Shown one piece after another: positions 1-12,960 of a stretch of DNA of 64,000 nt (the stretch's first letter is position 1; the number at the start of each line of letters is the position of its first letter). Source of the DNA: Eledone cirrhosa (lineage: Eukaryota); assembly GCA_964016885.1 (NCBI GenBank), contig OZ024743.1, positions 164,362,001 to 164,426,000 of the forward strand, written 5' to 3'. The position numbers were made by a program, and so were the translations under genes. The notes under the pieces are model-generated. The model was not told the origin of the DNA and searched no databases. It saw only the letters and a program-made list of their open reading frames with translations.

Positions 1-87
1 ATATATGTATATATACATATATATATACATACATATATATATATATACATATATATACATACATATATATATATATACATATATATG

Positions 88-120
<33 letters not shown>

Positions 121-458
121 ACACACATACATACATATATACATACATATATATATACACATACATATATACATACATATATATATACACATACATATAT
201 ACATACATATATACATACATATATATATACACATACATACATATATACATACATATATATATACACATACATACATATATACATATATATATACACATAC
301 ATACATATATACATATATATATACACATACATACATATATACATACATATATATATACACATACATACATATATACATACATATATATATACACACATAT
401 ATACATACATACATATATATACATTCATATATATATACATACATATATATATATATAC

Positions 459-489
<31 letters not shown>

Positions 490-849
490 CATACATATAT
501 ATATATATATACATACATATATATATATATACATACATATATATATATATATATACATACATATATATATACATACATATATATATACATACATATATAC
601 ATACATACATATATACATACAAACATATATATATACATACATATATACATACAAACATATATATATACATACATATATATATACATACATATATACATAC
701 AAACATATATATATACATACATATATACATACAAACATATATATACATACATATATACATACATACATACATATATATATACATATATATATACATATAT
801 ATATATACATACATATATACATACATATATACATACATACATATATATA

Positions 850-885
<36 letters not shown>

Positions 886-975
886 TACATACATATATAC
901 ATACATACATATATATATATACATACATATATACATACATACATACATATATATATACATACATATATACATACA

Positions 976-1009
<34 letters not shown>

Positions 1010-1070
1010 CATACATACATACATATATATATATACATACATATATACATACATACATACATATATATAT
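1..1070. repeat. Imperfect (TA)n/(TACA)n microsatellite array
   Basis: Directly visible TA and TACA units; source of the spurious YI/HT ORFs. Confidence 0.98.
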
Positions 1071-1680
1071 GGTGGCTGGCAACTCGTTTTCGAGTACGGC
1101 CACTACTTTATAACCATGTAGGAGAACCCCTACCGATACGCTGAACGAGTGTGACTTTTTAGTCCAGCCAGCAACTTGAAAACTCTGGTACAAACACTAC
1201 ACTTGTGACAATTATTGACACATAGTGCTGGGCCCATGGTACCATGTAATGACAAGTGCAGAGAGATCTCCAGATACAAAGCAATGCCTGTGCCGTGAAG
1301 CTTTTATAGTGAGCAAAGGCACTGCACAAAGCCAGTCCCACTCTCTTAACCAAGATGATATTTACCAAAAAGAAGAACAAGTCAACATCATTGGATACCA
1401 TCAGGGTTGCAGGTGTTATATCAGAGTTTTCCTTCTCCTAGAATTCTGCCTTGACAAAGGCTAAGGGGTCATCTCTCCCGGTGATTTTGGATGGCCATTG
1501 ACTCTTAAGAGCTCCTTTGCCCTTTGACAGGTTTTGTTTTTAGTCCTGCAGGATGTCCAAAGTCACCCTCCTCACCAAGAAACCTTAGTGGGGTTGCCAG
1601 TTTAGTCGCCAACGACCCGACCATGAGACAGGTTGTACTGGGATACATGTTACCAGTAGCACCAAGTGGTGACCTGACAT
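1071..1680 (-). mobile_element. Non-autonomous bipartite RTE-derived element (family D), copy 1, longest
   Basis: Minus strand carries the RTE 5'UTR-type motif CTAGGAGAAGGAAAACTCTGA, a remnant of a terminal C2H2 finger (CSVC..LAGLKSH) and a 3' end TGGCCGTACTCGAAAACGAG..CAGCCACC similar to that of the RTE at 51294; 4 copies in window. Confidence 0.75.
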
Positions 1681-1703
1681 AACATATATATATACATACA
1701 TAT

Positions 1704-1758
<55 letters not shown>

Positions 1759-2062
1759 CATATCTATATATATACATACATACATATCTATATATATATA
1801 TATACATACATACATATATATATACATATATATATATATATACATACATACATATCTATATATATATACATACATACATATATATATACATACATACATA
1901 TCTATATATATATACATACATATATATATCTATATATATATACATACATATATATATCTATATATATATACATACATATATATATCTATATATATATATA
2001 TATATATACATACATACATATATATATATATACATATACATACATATATATATACATACATA

Positions 2063-2098
<36 letters not shown>

Positions 2099-2178
2099 CA
2101 TATACATACATATATATATACATACATACATATATATATACATACATATATATATACATACATATATATATATACATA

Positions 2179-2218
<40 letters not shown>

Positions 2219-2245
2219 CATACATACATATATATACATACATAC

Positions 2246-2283
<38 letters not shown>
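1681..2283. repeat. (TA)n/(TACA)n microsatellite with TCTA variants
   Basis: Directly visible. Confidence 0.97.
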
Positions 2284-2284
<1 letters not shown>

Positions 2285-2841
2285 GTGGCTGCCAACTCGT
2301 TTTCGAGTACGGCCACTACTTTATATCCATGTAGGAGAACCCCTACCGATGCGCTGAACGAATGTGACTTTTTAGTCCAGCCAGCGACTTGAAAACTCTG
2401 GTACAAAGACTACACCTGTGACCATTATTGACACATAGTGCAGGGCCCATGGTACCATGTGATGACAAGTGCAGAGAGATCTCCAGATATAAAGCAATGC
2501 CTGTGTTGTGAAGCTTTTATAGTGAGCAAAGGCACTGCACAAAGCCAGTCCCACTCTCTTAACCAAGATGATATTTACCAAAAAGAAGAACAAGTCAACA
2601 TCATTGGATACCATCAGGGTTGCAGGTGTTATATCAGAGTTTTCCTTCTCCTAGAATTCTGCCTTGACAAAGGCTAAGGGGTCATCTCTCCCGGTGATTT
2701 TGGATGGCTATTGACTCTTAAGAGCTCCCTTGCCCTTTGACAGGTTTTGTTTTTAGTCCTGCAGGATGTCCAAAGTCACCCTCCTCACCAAGAAACCTTG
2801 GTGGGGTTGCCAGTTTAGTCGCCAACGACCCGACCATGAGA
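2284..2841 (-). mobile_element. Family D element, copy 2 (5'-truncated)
   Basis: Near-identical to 1071-1628. Confidence 0.8.
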
Positions 2842-3550
2842 TAATATATATATACAAACATACATACATACATATATATATATATACATACATATATATA
2901 TATATACATACATATATATATACATACATATATACATATATACATACATACATACATACATATATATATATATACATACATACATACATACATATATATA
3001 TATACATATATATATATATACATACATACATACATACATATATATACATACATACATACATACATATATATACATACATACATACATATATATATATACA
3101 TACATACATACATATATATACATACATACATACATATATATACATACATACATATATATATACATACATATATATATACATACATATATATATACATACA
3201 TATACATACATATATATATACATACATATACATACATATATATATACATACATATACATATATATATACATACATATACATACATATATATATACATACA
3301 TATACATATATATATACATACATATATATATATATATGTACATATATATATATATATGTACATATATATATATATATGTACATATATATATATATATGTA
3401 CATATATATATATATATGTACATATATATATATATATACATACATATATATATATATATATGTACATATATATATATATATACATATATATACATTATAT
3501 ATATATATACATTATATATATATATATACATTATATATATATATATATAC

Positions 3551-3622
<72 letters not shown>

Positions 3623-3629
3623 CACATAT
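2842..3629. repeat. (TA)n/(TACA)n microsatellite including 20-bp TATATATGTACATATATATA units
   Basis: Directly visible. Confidence 0.97.
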
Positions 3630-3801
3630 ACTAAGAGTACTAAGAGTGAGAAATGAAATTTCGTTTCATTTTTTCCGTTTATCGTTTTCGGTACCTCTGG
3701 CCGATTAACTCACTCGATATGCAAATTGGGCTGCTCAGCCGTTAATATGCATAAGGAAAGTATATACTTTCAGACGTTCAACCATCTGGCAGGAAGGTAT
3801 A

Positions 3802-3842
3802 CGTTGCTGACGATAGCTAATAAGCTTGAAAGTAGTACAGCG
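3802..3842 (+). ncRNA. Type I hammerhead ribozyme-like motif (stem III imperfect)
   Basis: CGTTG-CTGACGA-T-AGCT-AATA-AGCT-T-GAAA-GTA-GTA-CAGCG; stem I CGTTG/CAGCG. Confidence 0.65.
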
Positions 3843-3988
3843 TTCCTTTGTCAGTGTTGAACAAATGAGCAATGATGGTTGCTAGACTCTGTACAGCTTA
3901 ATTCGGGATGTTTGTTTACAAACACACCGAGCATTATAATAAGTGTTCGGTGAATCCATACGTACATATATATATGTGTGCATGTATG

Positions 3989-4026
<38 letters not shown>

Positions 4027-4069
4027 CTACTGTACGTCTGTATACATATATGTATGTATGTATACATAT

Positions 4070-4718
4070 ATGATAATAAGGGCGCTGCGGAGTTGCAAAT
4101 GGGTTACATATGAAAAAAGTTTGTCCTTCATCAGTGATCTTCCAACTATCATAGGCATTTCATCGCTTTAAAGACCATATACCTCCGGTTGGTGCGAGCA
4201 ACGAATAAAAAAAGTCGTTGGGACACGTAAATAAAGGGGACGCGAGGGTAAACAAACAAAATGGTGAGGCAACAGAAAGTGAGGAAGAAGGAGACAAGTC
4301 CCAGATTTCTATGAATTTAAGTTCGGTGAAATCGTGAACGAGAGAATAAAGACCATCAAACCTGGTTGAAATGTGAGCAAGGAAGGAATTTCGCACAGGT
4401 CTAACGGGAGGAAGAAGGGGTCTGGTCTGCGAATTCGGTAAACATAAGTTCTGTGAAATCGTAGACGAGAGAGAAAAAATTCCGACCAGCTTGGCCGAGA
4501 ATGTGAGAGAAAAGAATTACTCACAGGTCAAACGGGAAGAAAGAGGAGAAGAGGTAGTGACAGAGAATGAGTGAGTGAAGGGTGAGGAAGAGGCTAACAG
4601 AGAGAGAGACTGCTAGAAAGGGTAAAGATACATAGAACGAAAAAGACGGTGTAGCAGCAGAGGAAAAAATATGTGTAAATATGATAAGGGCGCTGCGGAG
4701 TTGCAAATGGGTTACATT
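4070..4718. mobile_element. Unclassified ~650-bp element with ~35-bp terminal direct repeats
   Basis: ATAAGGGCGCTGCGGAGTTGCAAATGGGTTACAT near 4075 and 4684; internal diverged ~128-bp tandem at 4318/4446; microsatellite on both sides. Confidence 0.5.
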
Positions 4719-4733
4719 GTATGTATGTATACA

Positions 4734-4779
<46 letters not shown>

Positions 4780-4811
4780 TATATATATATATATATATAT
4801 ACGTGTGTGTG

Positions 4812-7800
4812 TTTGTGGTTTGTATGCATGAGTGTTGGTGTGTGAGTGTGTGTGAGTGCGTCGTGTTAATAAGTTGTTTTTTTTTTATGACCATGCTATA
4901 AAATGGAGGGGTAGAGAGGGCCCTTGAGTCTAGAAGACATCCTCTAGTGCTGGTGGCACAAATAAAAGCACCCAGTCCATGCTGTAAAGTGGCGCTGGTG
5001 TTAGGAAGGGCATCCAACCAGTGTATCAATGCCAAAACGCTTATCAGCACAGCAACAAAGAGGAACAACAACAAAATATGAAGATGTCGCATCTCAGAGT
5101 TGCAACACTTAATGTTGGCACTCTCAGAAGTAGATCTGCTGAAATAGTGGAGATGCTGGAGAGAAGGCAGGTGGATGTGTGCTGCGTGCAAGAGGTGAGA
5201 TGGAGAGGTGCCTCTGCGAGACTAGTCGTAGGCAAACGTCTTAGCTATAAGCTATTCTGGGTAGGTAAGGATGATGGGTTAGGGGGAGTAGGCATTTTCC
5301 TGGCTGAGAAATGGATCAATAAGACAATAGAGGTAGTTTGAGTTAGTAATCAAATAATTTAGCTTAGATTAGTTGTAGGCAGGAGACTACTGACAATCAT
5401 CTCGGCCTATGCTCCCCAAGCAGACCTAGGCAAAGATGAGAAAGACTGCTTTTACGAGCAACTTTTACAAACAACCGCAATGACAGAGGACGGAGACATC
5501 GTTATGCTAGCAGGAGACTTCAATGGTCATGTTGGACAGCTCCAGGATGGTTACACTGGGATACATGGTGGGCACAGTTACGGCTCAAGAAATGAAGAAG
5601 GAGTGAGACTTCTTGAATTTTGTGATGCAGGTACATTGACTATTTGCAACACAAACTTCCAGAAACCTGCCAACCACCTAATAACCTACAAATCTGGTGA
5701 GCACATAAGCCAGATTGACTTCTTACTAGTTAGGCAGCGGGACAGGCAGATAGTGTCTAATACCAAGGCATACCCTGGGGAAGAATGTACCCCACAGCAT
5801 AGGTTAGTTGTTAGTAATATCTCAGTAAGCAAGAGATGGAATGAGACATATAGGAAGGTGTGGAGAAGGAAGGTCTGAAAGCTAAAAGACCTTTCACTAA
5901 AATACAAATTTAGGAAAGCCCTTCAAGATGTATATGACGAAAAAGAAGCAGATTTAGAGAATAACTGGAAATTCTTACGTGACAACTTGCTGCAGGCTAC
6001 TGATGAAACTTGTGGCTGGAGCAGAGCTCCAACCAGACAGCGAGTGACCTGGTGGTGGAACAGCACAGTAGATAAGGCTATTAGAGACAAAAGACTAGCA
6101 TGGAAGGCTTGGAAAAAGGGTGGGAGTAGGGAAGAATATACAGCCACTAAGAGAGAAGCTAGACGTCAGGTGTACTTAGCACGCAGGGACGCGGAGAGTA
6201 GGAGGTTTGCCAATATTCTGCGACGGGAAGATCAGAGGCGTGCGGTGTTCCACATTGCAAGGCAGTGTGTCAATGCAAATCAGGATGTTGTTGCAGATAA
6301 ATGTGTCTGGGATGATGCCGGTGTACTTAGTGTCACGAATGATCAGAAAAAGGAAACCGGGAAATGTCATTATGAGAGACTGATGAATGTGGAGAACAAA
6401 TGGGAGAGAGAGAAATTACCCTTCGTAGATCCGACAGAGGGACCAGCTATTGAGATTGACGAATATAGGGTCCGAGAAGCGATTAGGGATAGCCATTGTA
6501 AGGCTGCTGGACCATCAGGAATAGTTGCTGAGATGCTGAAGGCATCAGGGGACGTAGGCACTAAACTGGTTGCACGCATCATCAATCAGGCTATATATGG
6601 TGGTGTCATACCCAAAGACTGGTGCAGCAGTATTCTCATAAATTGCTACAAAGGTAAAGGGGATGCTCTGGAGAGGAGCAATTATAGGGGTATAAAACTG
6701 ATAGATCAGTTTATTAAAGTGGCAGAAAGGATATTAGCACAACTAATTAGAGAAAGGGTCAAACTAGATGAGATGCAGTTTGGTTTTGTGCCTGGGAAGA
6801 GTACAACAGATGCCCTCTTCTTGGTGAGACAATTGCAAGAGAGGTACTTAGAGAAAAATAAGCCACTATACTTAAGCTTTGTTGACCTAGAGAAGGCCTT
6901 TGATAGGGTACCCCGATCTGTCATCTGGTGGTCCCTAAGGAAGCTAGGTGTTGAGGAATGGCTCGTGAGGACAGTGCAAACTTTGTACAGAGGTACTCTC
7001 AGTAAAGTCAGGGTAGGAATGGAGTTTGAGGAATTCCAGATACAAGTAGGAGTACATCGAGGCTCGGTCCTCAGCCCGCTCTTGTTCATTATAGTCCTCC
7101 AAGCCATAACAGAAGAGTTTAACACTGGCTGTCCATGGGAACTTCTCTATGCTGACGATCTGGTTCTTAGAGCAGAATCAGTAGAGGAGCTAGAGAATAA
7201 ATTCTGGCTATGGAAACAGCAGTTGGAAGCAAGAGGACTGAGAGTGAACCTAGCTAAGACAAAAGTTTTGATGAGTAGGAAAGAGGACAAAACCCTGATT
7301 CCGTCAGGGAAATGGCCATGTTCGATATGCAGAAAAGGAACTGGCATAAATTCTATAAAATGCACACAATGCAGATCCTGGGTACACAAGAGATGTAGCG
7401 GAATAGCAGGCAAACTAACAGGTAGGTAGAAATATGTATGCAGTAGATGTACAGGGAAATTAGACAGTAGAAGTCGCACTGATAGACACATTTTTCAAAT
7501 GCAGGAGGGTGCTATAGAAGTGGTGGATAGCTTCCGGTACCTAGGAGATCAGATTAGCATGGGAGGAGGGTGTTCCGAGGCCAAAGTATCTAGAATAAGG
7601 ACGGGTTGGAAGAAGTTTAGGGAGCTGCTTCCTCTGTTGACGAAGAAGGGTTTCTCCCTGCGTACGAAAGGCCGGTTGTATGATGCCTGCGTGAGGAGCG
7701 CGATGCTGCATGGTTGTGAGACATGGGCAGCAACAGCAGAGGATATGCGACGGCTGGAGAGAAATGAGGCAAGCATGCTCCGTTGGATGTGCAGTGTAAA

Positions 7801-8163
7801 TGTGCGTGAACGACCCAGCATAAATATGTTGAGAGAGAAACTGTGTCTGAGAGGAATAGAATGTAGTGTACGGGAGAGGAGACTGAGGTGGTATGGACAT
7901 GTGATGCGCATGGAGGATGACCGATGGGTGAAGAAGTGCCAGGAAATGCCAGTTGAAGGAAGACGTGGTAGAGGTAGACGAAAAACATGGGCAGAGGTGG
8001 TGAGAACAGACCTCAGATCATTGAAGATCACTGTGGAGATGACGAAGGACCGTGACGAGTGGAGATGACGAAGGACCGTGACGAGTGGAGAGATGCTGTG
8101 CTGAATAAGACCCGTCCTACCCTTGCAAGCATGGAAAAGCGGACGTAAAATGATGATGATGAT
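4812..8163 (+). pseudogene. RTE-clade LINE family A, near full-length decayed copy (APE + RT + PHD-like finger)
   Basis: ORF fragments 5078-8148 match the intact ORF at 45519 ([32 protein letters not shown]) with stops and frameshifts; (GAT)n tail. Confidence 0.93.
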
Positions 8164-8221
8164 ATATATATATTTATATATATATATATATAAATATGTT
8201 TATATATATACATATATAAAT

Positions 8222-8929
8222 CATCATCACCGTTTTACGTCCGTTCTTCCACGCTAGCATGGGTTAGACGGGTTGTCCTGTTGTGGGCAGTGTCTGGTCG
8301 GCTGACCATGCCTTGCTCATACAAGAACTGATTTGGCTTGATTTCTACAGCTGGATGCCCTTCCTAACACCAACCTCATTTACAGTGAGTGCTGGGTGCT
8401 TTTTCGTGGCACCTACACGTCCACTTTACAGTGTGGGCTGGGTGCTTTTTTGCCGTGGAACCTCCATGACCACCTTGCAGTGGGGGGGGGGGCATATTGT
8501 CTATATGCTTCAGCTTGTACCCATGGGAGGTCGGGTACTCTGTATTACTGCGTGACACCAGAGGTCACGGTCGTGTGTCATCGCCCTTGAGAGGTGTAAT
8601 TGGGTAAGGTCAACTTTTATCACCTCATCCCAGGTCATCTCGTGTCTCCCCACTCTGCGGTTTCCATCGACTTCTAGTGCTCTGCACCTTTTTATGCAGC
8701 TGTCATCCTTCATACGCATCACATGTCCATACCAACGCATCCGCCTCTCCTGCACACAGCATTTGATTCCTCTGATGCTCAGTCTCTCTCTCAATTCATT
8801 TATGCTTTGCCGTTCGCATATATTACTATTACACATCCATCGGAGCATGCAGGCTTCATTTCTCTCTAATCTACGTAAGTCTTCCACCTTCAGCGCCCAG
8901 GTCTCACTACCATGCAACATTGCTGTTCT
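8222..8929 (-). mobile_element. RTE family B, 3' fragment
   Basis: MLHGSETW...[10 protein letters not shown]-terminus plus 3'UTR and (ATC)n tail; matches 12961-13669. Confidence 0.9.
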
Positions 8930-10911
8930 TTAAGTTTAAGTCTATTGTCCCACCATACCATGAATAGGTTAGCTATGTCGCCTGCAATGCTAACACCAAT
9001 GGCTGCTCTCTCCTCTTGGGCATATGTTTTTCCATTAAATTTGAACACATGTTCCTTAAGGGTTAATTTTATGCTGGCCCCCACCGCATGTGCAATCATT
9101 TTCTTTAGTTCATCGTGGTTTTCAGGGGTCCATATGGCTCTGGTCCACCCGTTCCATCTATCTGTGTGGGTTTTCTTGGCCATTGACGTAATGGTAGGTG
9201 GTCTGCCTCTTGCTGGTCTTGTAGGGCACAGGTTGCGAAGGCCATATGTATCTAGATAATTATTACTATAGGTAAGTTTAAGTAGGAGTCCCAGCTCACT
9301 GGTATCAATCCCACGGAATTCAACATTGCTCTCACTGATCATTTCTACGCATTTCTCCACAGCAAAATCCACGTCAATAGATGGATACAGTGACACAACA
9401 TCCATACTACCTATTATGCAGTTTGCTGGGTCCCTAGATCGGTTACCCTCGCCGATTCTGCTGAGGAGGTCCTCCGTGCTGTCACATATATCTGGGGACA
9501 TTTCAATGATGGGGCGTATGATCAGGGAGAGGAAGTAGGACAGTCTGTAGTTACTAGCAATGTTAGCTCCACAGACTGGCCGTATTGGTGGTCCTGTGAC
9601 AGAGTCACTGCTCGTTTTATGGTCTTTTCAAAGCCCATACAATGCTGGCACGTCATTGTTCCAGGCCTGGAAGTTGTTGGCAGTCCTTTTGTTGGGCTGC
9701 ATTATATTTGTCCACATCATCATATGGGCATTGAGGGCTTTTTCTCTATCCTCATGCTCCTGTGGTGTTACTTCTCTTGTGTTAGTGATGTGGGGTTGCA
9801 TTGCCTGGATGTAGTTTGGCAGACTGTCAAGCGACATTCTGCCAGACTTGTCTGTTGGAAAGCATGCAATCTCTCCATTACGTGAGCACTGCATGAGCTT
9901 ACGCAAGCCATTTGCAGATTTTTCTCCCAGTTGCTGGGCCTCGATTCTATTATGCTTCTTGCTATACTGTTCTATAATATTTCTAAGTTTAGATCTAGCT
10001 ACACTAAATTGTGCTTCTGTTTGTTCATCGACCTGCGATGGCAATTGAATGTGTTTGTTAAAAGCTAAAGTCGTGGCGTGGACTCGTCGCAGGTCGAATG
10101 ACTTATCGGAGGGATTATAAAAAGTAGAGTTCCTGGCTGCTGCTTTGTGTACTAATGCTATTGTTAGATGTGTTGTTTCTATTTCTATTTCCACCAACAG
10201 CCTCATGGTTGTTTCAATGTCTCATTATTACTCGGTAGAGGGTCGGACGCCATGCTTTCCAGCATAGTTACGTCCCTTTACGATCTGAGTTAAAATCCCG
10301 CCGAGTTTGACTTTGCCTTTCATCCTTACAGGGTCGATAAAATAAAGTACCAGTAATGCACTGGTATGCTGGCCTTATGCCTAAAGTAGAAACAATTATT
10401 ACTCCTGTCACTTTCCTCTGGCTCATTGTTATTATCTACTCTATTTTGTGTGTGTGTGTGTTCGTCCTGGTTATTTTTCTCTGTCCATAGTCTCCCTTCT
10501 CCTTTCAATCCTATTACCTTCCCTTATTTCTGTGCTACTGTCATTAGCTGCTTTCTGTGTGTTTGTTAAGATTGTGGTGGTGGTAAGAGGTATTGAATGT
10601 ATGTTGTTGTTGTTGTTGATGTGTGTTGTCTCTGTGTATGTTATTGTTGTGTGTGTTGTTATTGTTGTTTGTGTCTGCGTGTCTGTTGTTGTTTCTGAGT
10701 ATGTTATTATTGTTGATGTGTGTTGTTATCGTTGTTTGTGTCTGTGTGTTGTATATGTGTGTGTGTGTGTGTGTGTGTGCGTGTGCGTGCGTATGTTTTT
10801 GTTTTTGAGGCTCCAATGTAATTTTGTAAATGATTTTTCATTTCTGACAAGCATTTTATCATATTTACCTTATTATATGTGGCATATTTAGGTGGTAGTT
10901 GTAATATTGAT
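8930..10911 (-). pseudogene. Penelope-like element family X, inverted 5' part (N-terminus to RT core)
   Basis: PTDKSGRMS, PALYGL, GSMDVVSLYPSID, AAIGVSIAGDIANLFM; frameshifted. Confidence 0.82.
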
Positions 10912-12940
10912 TGTGTCCCTGTATTCATCTATTGACGAGGATTTTGCTGTGGAGAAATGCGTAGAAATGATCAGTGAGAGCAATGTTGAATTCCGTGGGA
11001 TTGATACCAGTGAGCTGGGACTCCTACTTAAACTTACTTATAGTAATAATTATCTACATACATATGGCCTTAGCAACCTGTGCCCTACAAGACCAGCAAG
11101 AGGCACCTACCATTACCTCAATGGCCAAGAAAACCCACACAGATAGATGGAACGGGTGGACCAGAGTCATACGGACCCCCGAAAACCACGATGAACTACA
11201 GAAAATGATTGCACATGCGGTAGGGGCCAACATAAAATTAACCCTTAAGGAACATATGTTCAAATTTAATGGAAAAACATATGCCCAAGAGAAGGGAGCA
11301 GCCATTGGTGTTAGCATTGCAGGCGACATAGCTAACCTATTCATGGTATGGTGGGACAGTAGACTTAAACTTAAAGAACAATTAGAAGACCCCTTAACCC
11401 TGAAAATGTACTCCCACTACGTTGATGATATAAACATCGTAGTAAAAACAGCCCCACTAGAGAACAGTCAGGAATTAGAGAAAAACACCATGGAAAGCAT
11501 CCAGCAAATAGCTAACTCCATCCAACAGAGAATTAGAGTTTCTATAGACTACCCAAGCAAACACCCCAACCATCGATTACCTGTACTAGACACAGAGTTC
11601 TGGTTAGATACCATTAATAACAAAAAACAAATCCTCCATTCCCATTATGCCAAACCCATGACTTCCAAATATCTGATCCACCGAAACAACTGTTTCGGAT
11701 CACACCAAAATCAACATACTGATTGCGGATTTAGTACGGGTGATGAGAAACGTGTCCCGCATGTGCAACCCCGAAGAATTAGAGAGACACATACAACAAT
11801 TCATCCACCATATGCAGTTATCTGGTTACAATCAGAGAGATAAAATCAGAGTATATAGAGGAGCTAAAACCAAATGGGAAAAAATGGTAAATAATGACAC
11901 AAATGGGACCTGCCCCTTGTATAGGAGCAAATTTTGGAATAGAATAGAAAGAACTAGGAATAAGGTTAATAGAATAAACTCATGGTATGGTAGCAATAAA
12001 TACCAGAGTGTAATGTTCATCAATACAACCCCTAGAGGTGAATTAGCTGACAAATTTAGAAGGGCCCTACATAAAGATAAACTCAATATTAAGATAGTAG
12101 AAAGACCAGGTACCTCCGTAAAAACACTTATTAGCAATACATACCCTTTTCAAAGACCTCCCTGTATAGATAAGAAATGTATAATCTGTAAATTAAGCCC
12201 CCATATTAACTGTAAAACTAGAAATGTAGTATATAGCATAAGATGTACTGAAGGACAATGTAGAGATAAGAATATAGTGTACATAGGTGAGACAGCCCGT
12301 AGTATAGGGGAACGGATAAATGGACACTGGCGAGACCTTCAAGATAGTAAAGAATCATCTGTACTCTACCAACATGCTAAAATAGAACATAAGGGTAAAT
12401 TAGAGAACATAGAAATAAAAATAGAATCTACACACAGAAAAGACGCAATGTTTAGACAAATCAGAGGCAATAAACACAAAAAAAAAAAATAATAATTACA
12501 ACCAAAATTAAATAGAAAATATGAGTGGAACAGCAACATCACAACTTACAATTAAGGACAAAATGAAAACACACACGCACATAGAACAAACAACCAACCA
12601 GTAACATGTAAATAAACAAATAAATAAACAAATATAAACACACACAGACACCCGGATGTAACACATACACAAACTAAGCACACAACACACACAAAAACAA
12701 GATGGTGTAGGACAGAACAAAGGAGAGGCACAAAAACAAAGAAAAGAATCCCCAGTCACTGAACAGGTCACAGAATGTGTGACGAAAGAACATTGACAAT
12801 ATATAAACAAGCATCTGGTTGTGGAACCAACCAACCAAACGGAAATTTATAAATTCCTAAATTTATATTAAATAGAAGTGAAAGCAACTGGTGCGTGTGT
12901 TTCTTATTGGCAACATGACCCTCCCAAAGTATAACAATAT
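10912..12940 (+). pseudogene. Penelope-like element family X, RT + GIY-YIG + pLTR
   Basis: YVDD, LPVLD, Cys linker CxxxxCxxC, NVVYSIRC...YIGETARSIGER GIY-YIG; 3' end matches 24590-24763. Confidence 0.88.
12754..12797 (+). ncRNA. Degenerate hammerhead in family X pLTR
   Basis: Homologous to 24544-24588 but core reads CTGAACA and stem III is damaged. Confidence 0.5.
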
Positions 12941-12960
12941 ATATTTATATATATATATAT

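Noticed and set aside
5-1144. Long YI/HT/MYV-rich ORFs here and in every microsatellite block
   Set aside because: Stop-free translations of TA/TACA/TAAA repeats, not genes
1159-1464. Recurrent 79-80 aa ORFs (MVSNDVD..., MLGPWYH...) in family D
   Set aside because: Recurrence reflects copy identity of a non-autonomous repeat; no domain is recognisable and the ends vary among copies
4110-4165. Permuted hammerhead-like motif on the minus strand (GAAA...TGAT/ATCA-CTGATGA)
   Set aside because: Stems II and III do not pair convincingly
10448-10928. Val/Cys-rich and Thr/His/Asn-rich ORFs
   Set aside because: GT/GTT low-complexity tract inside the Penelope 5' region
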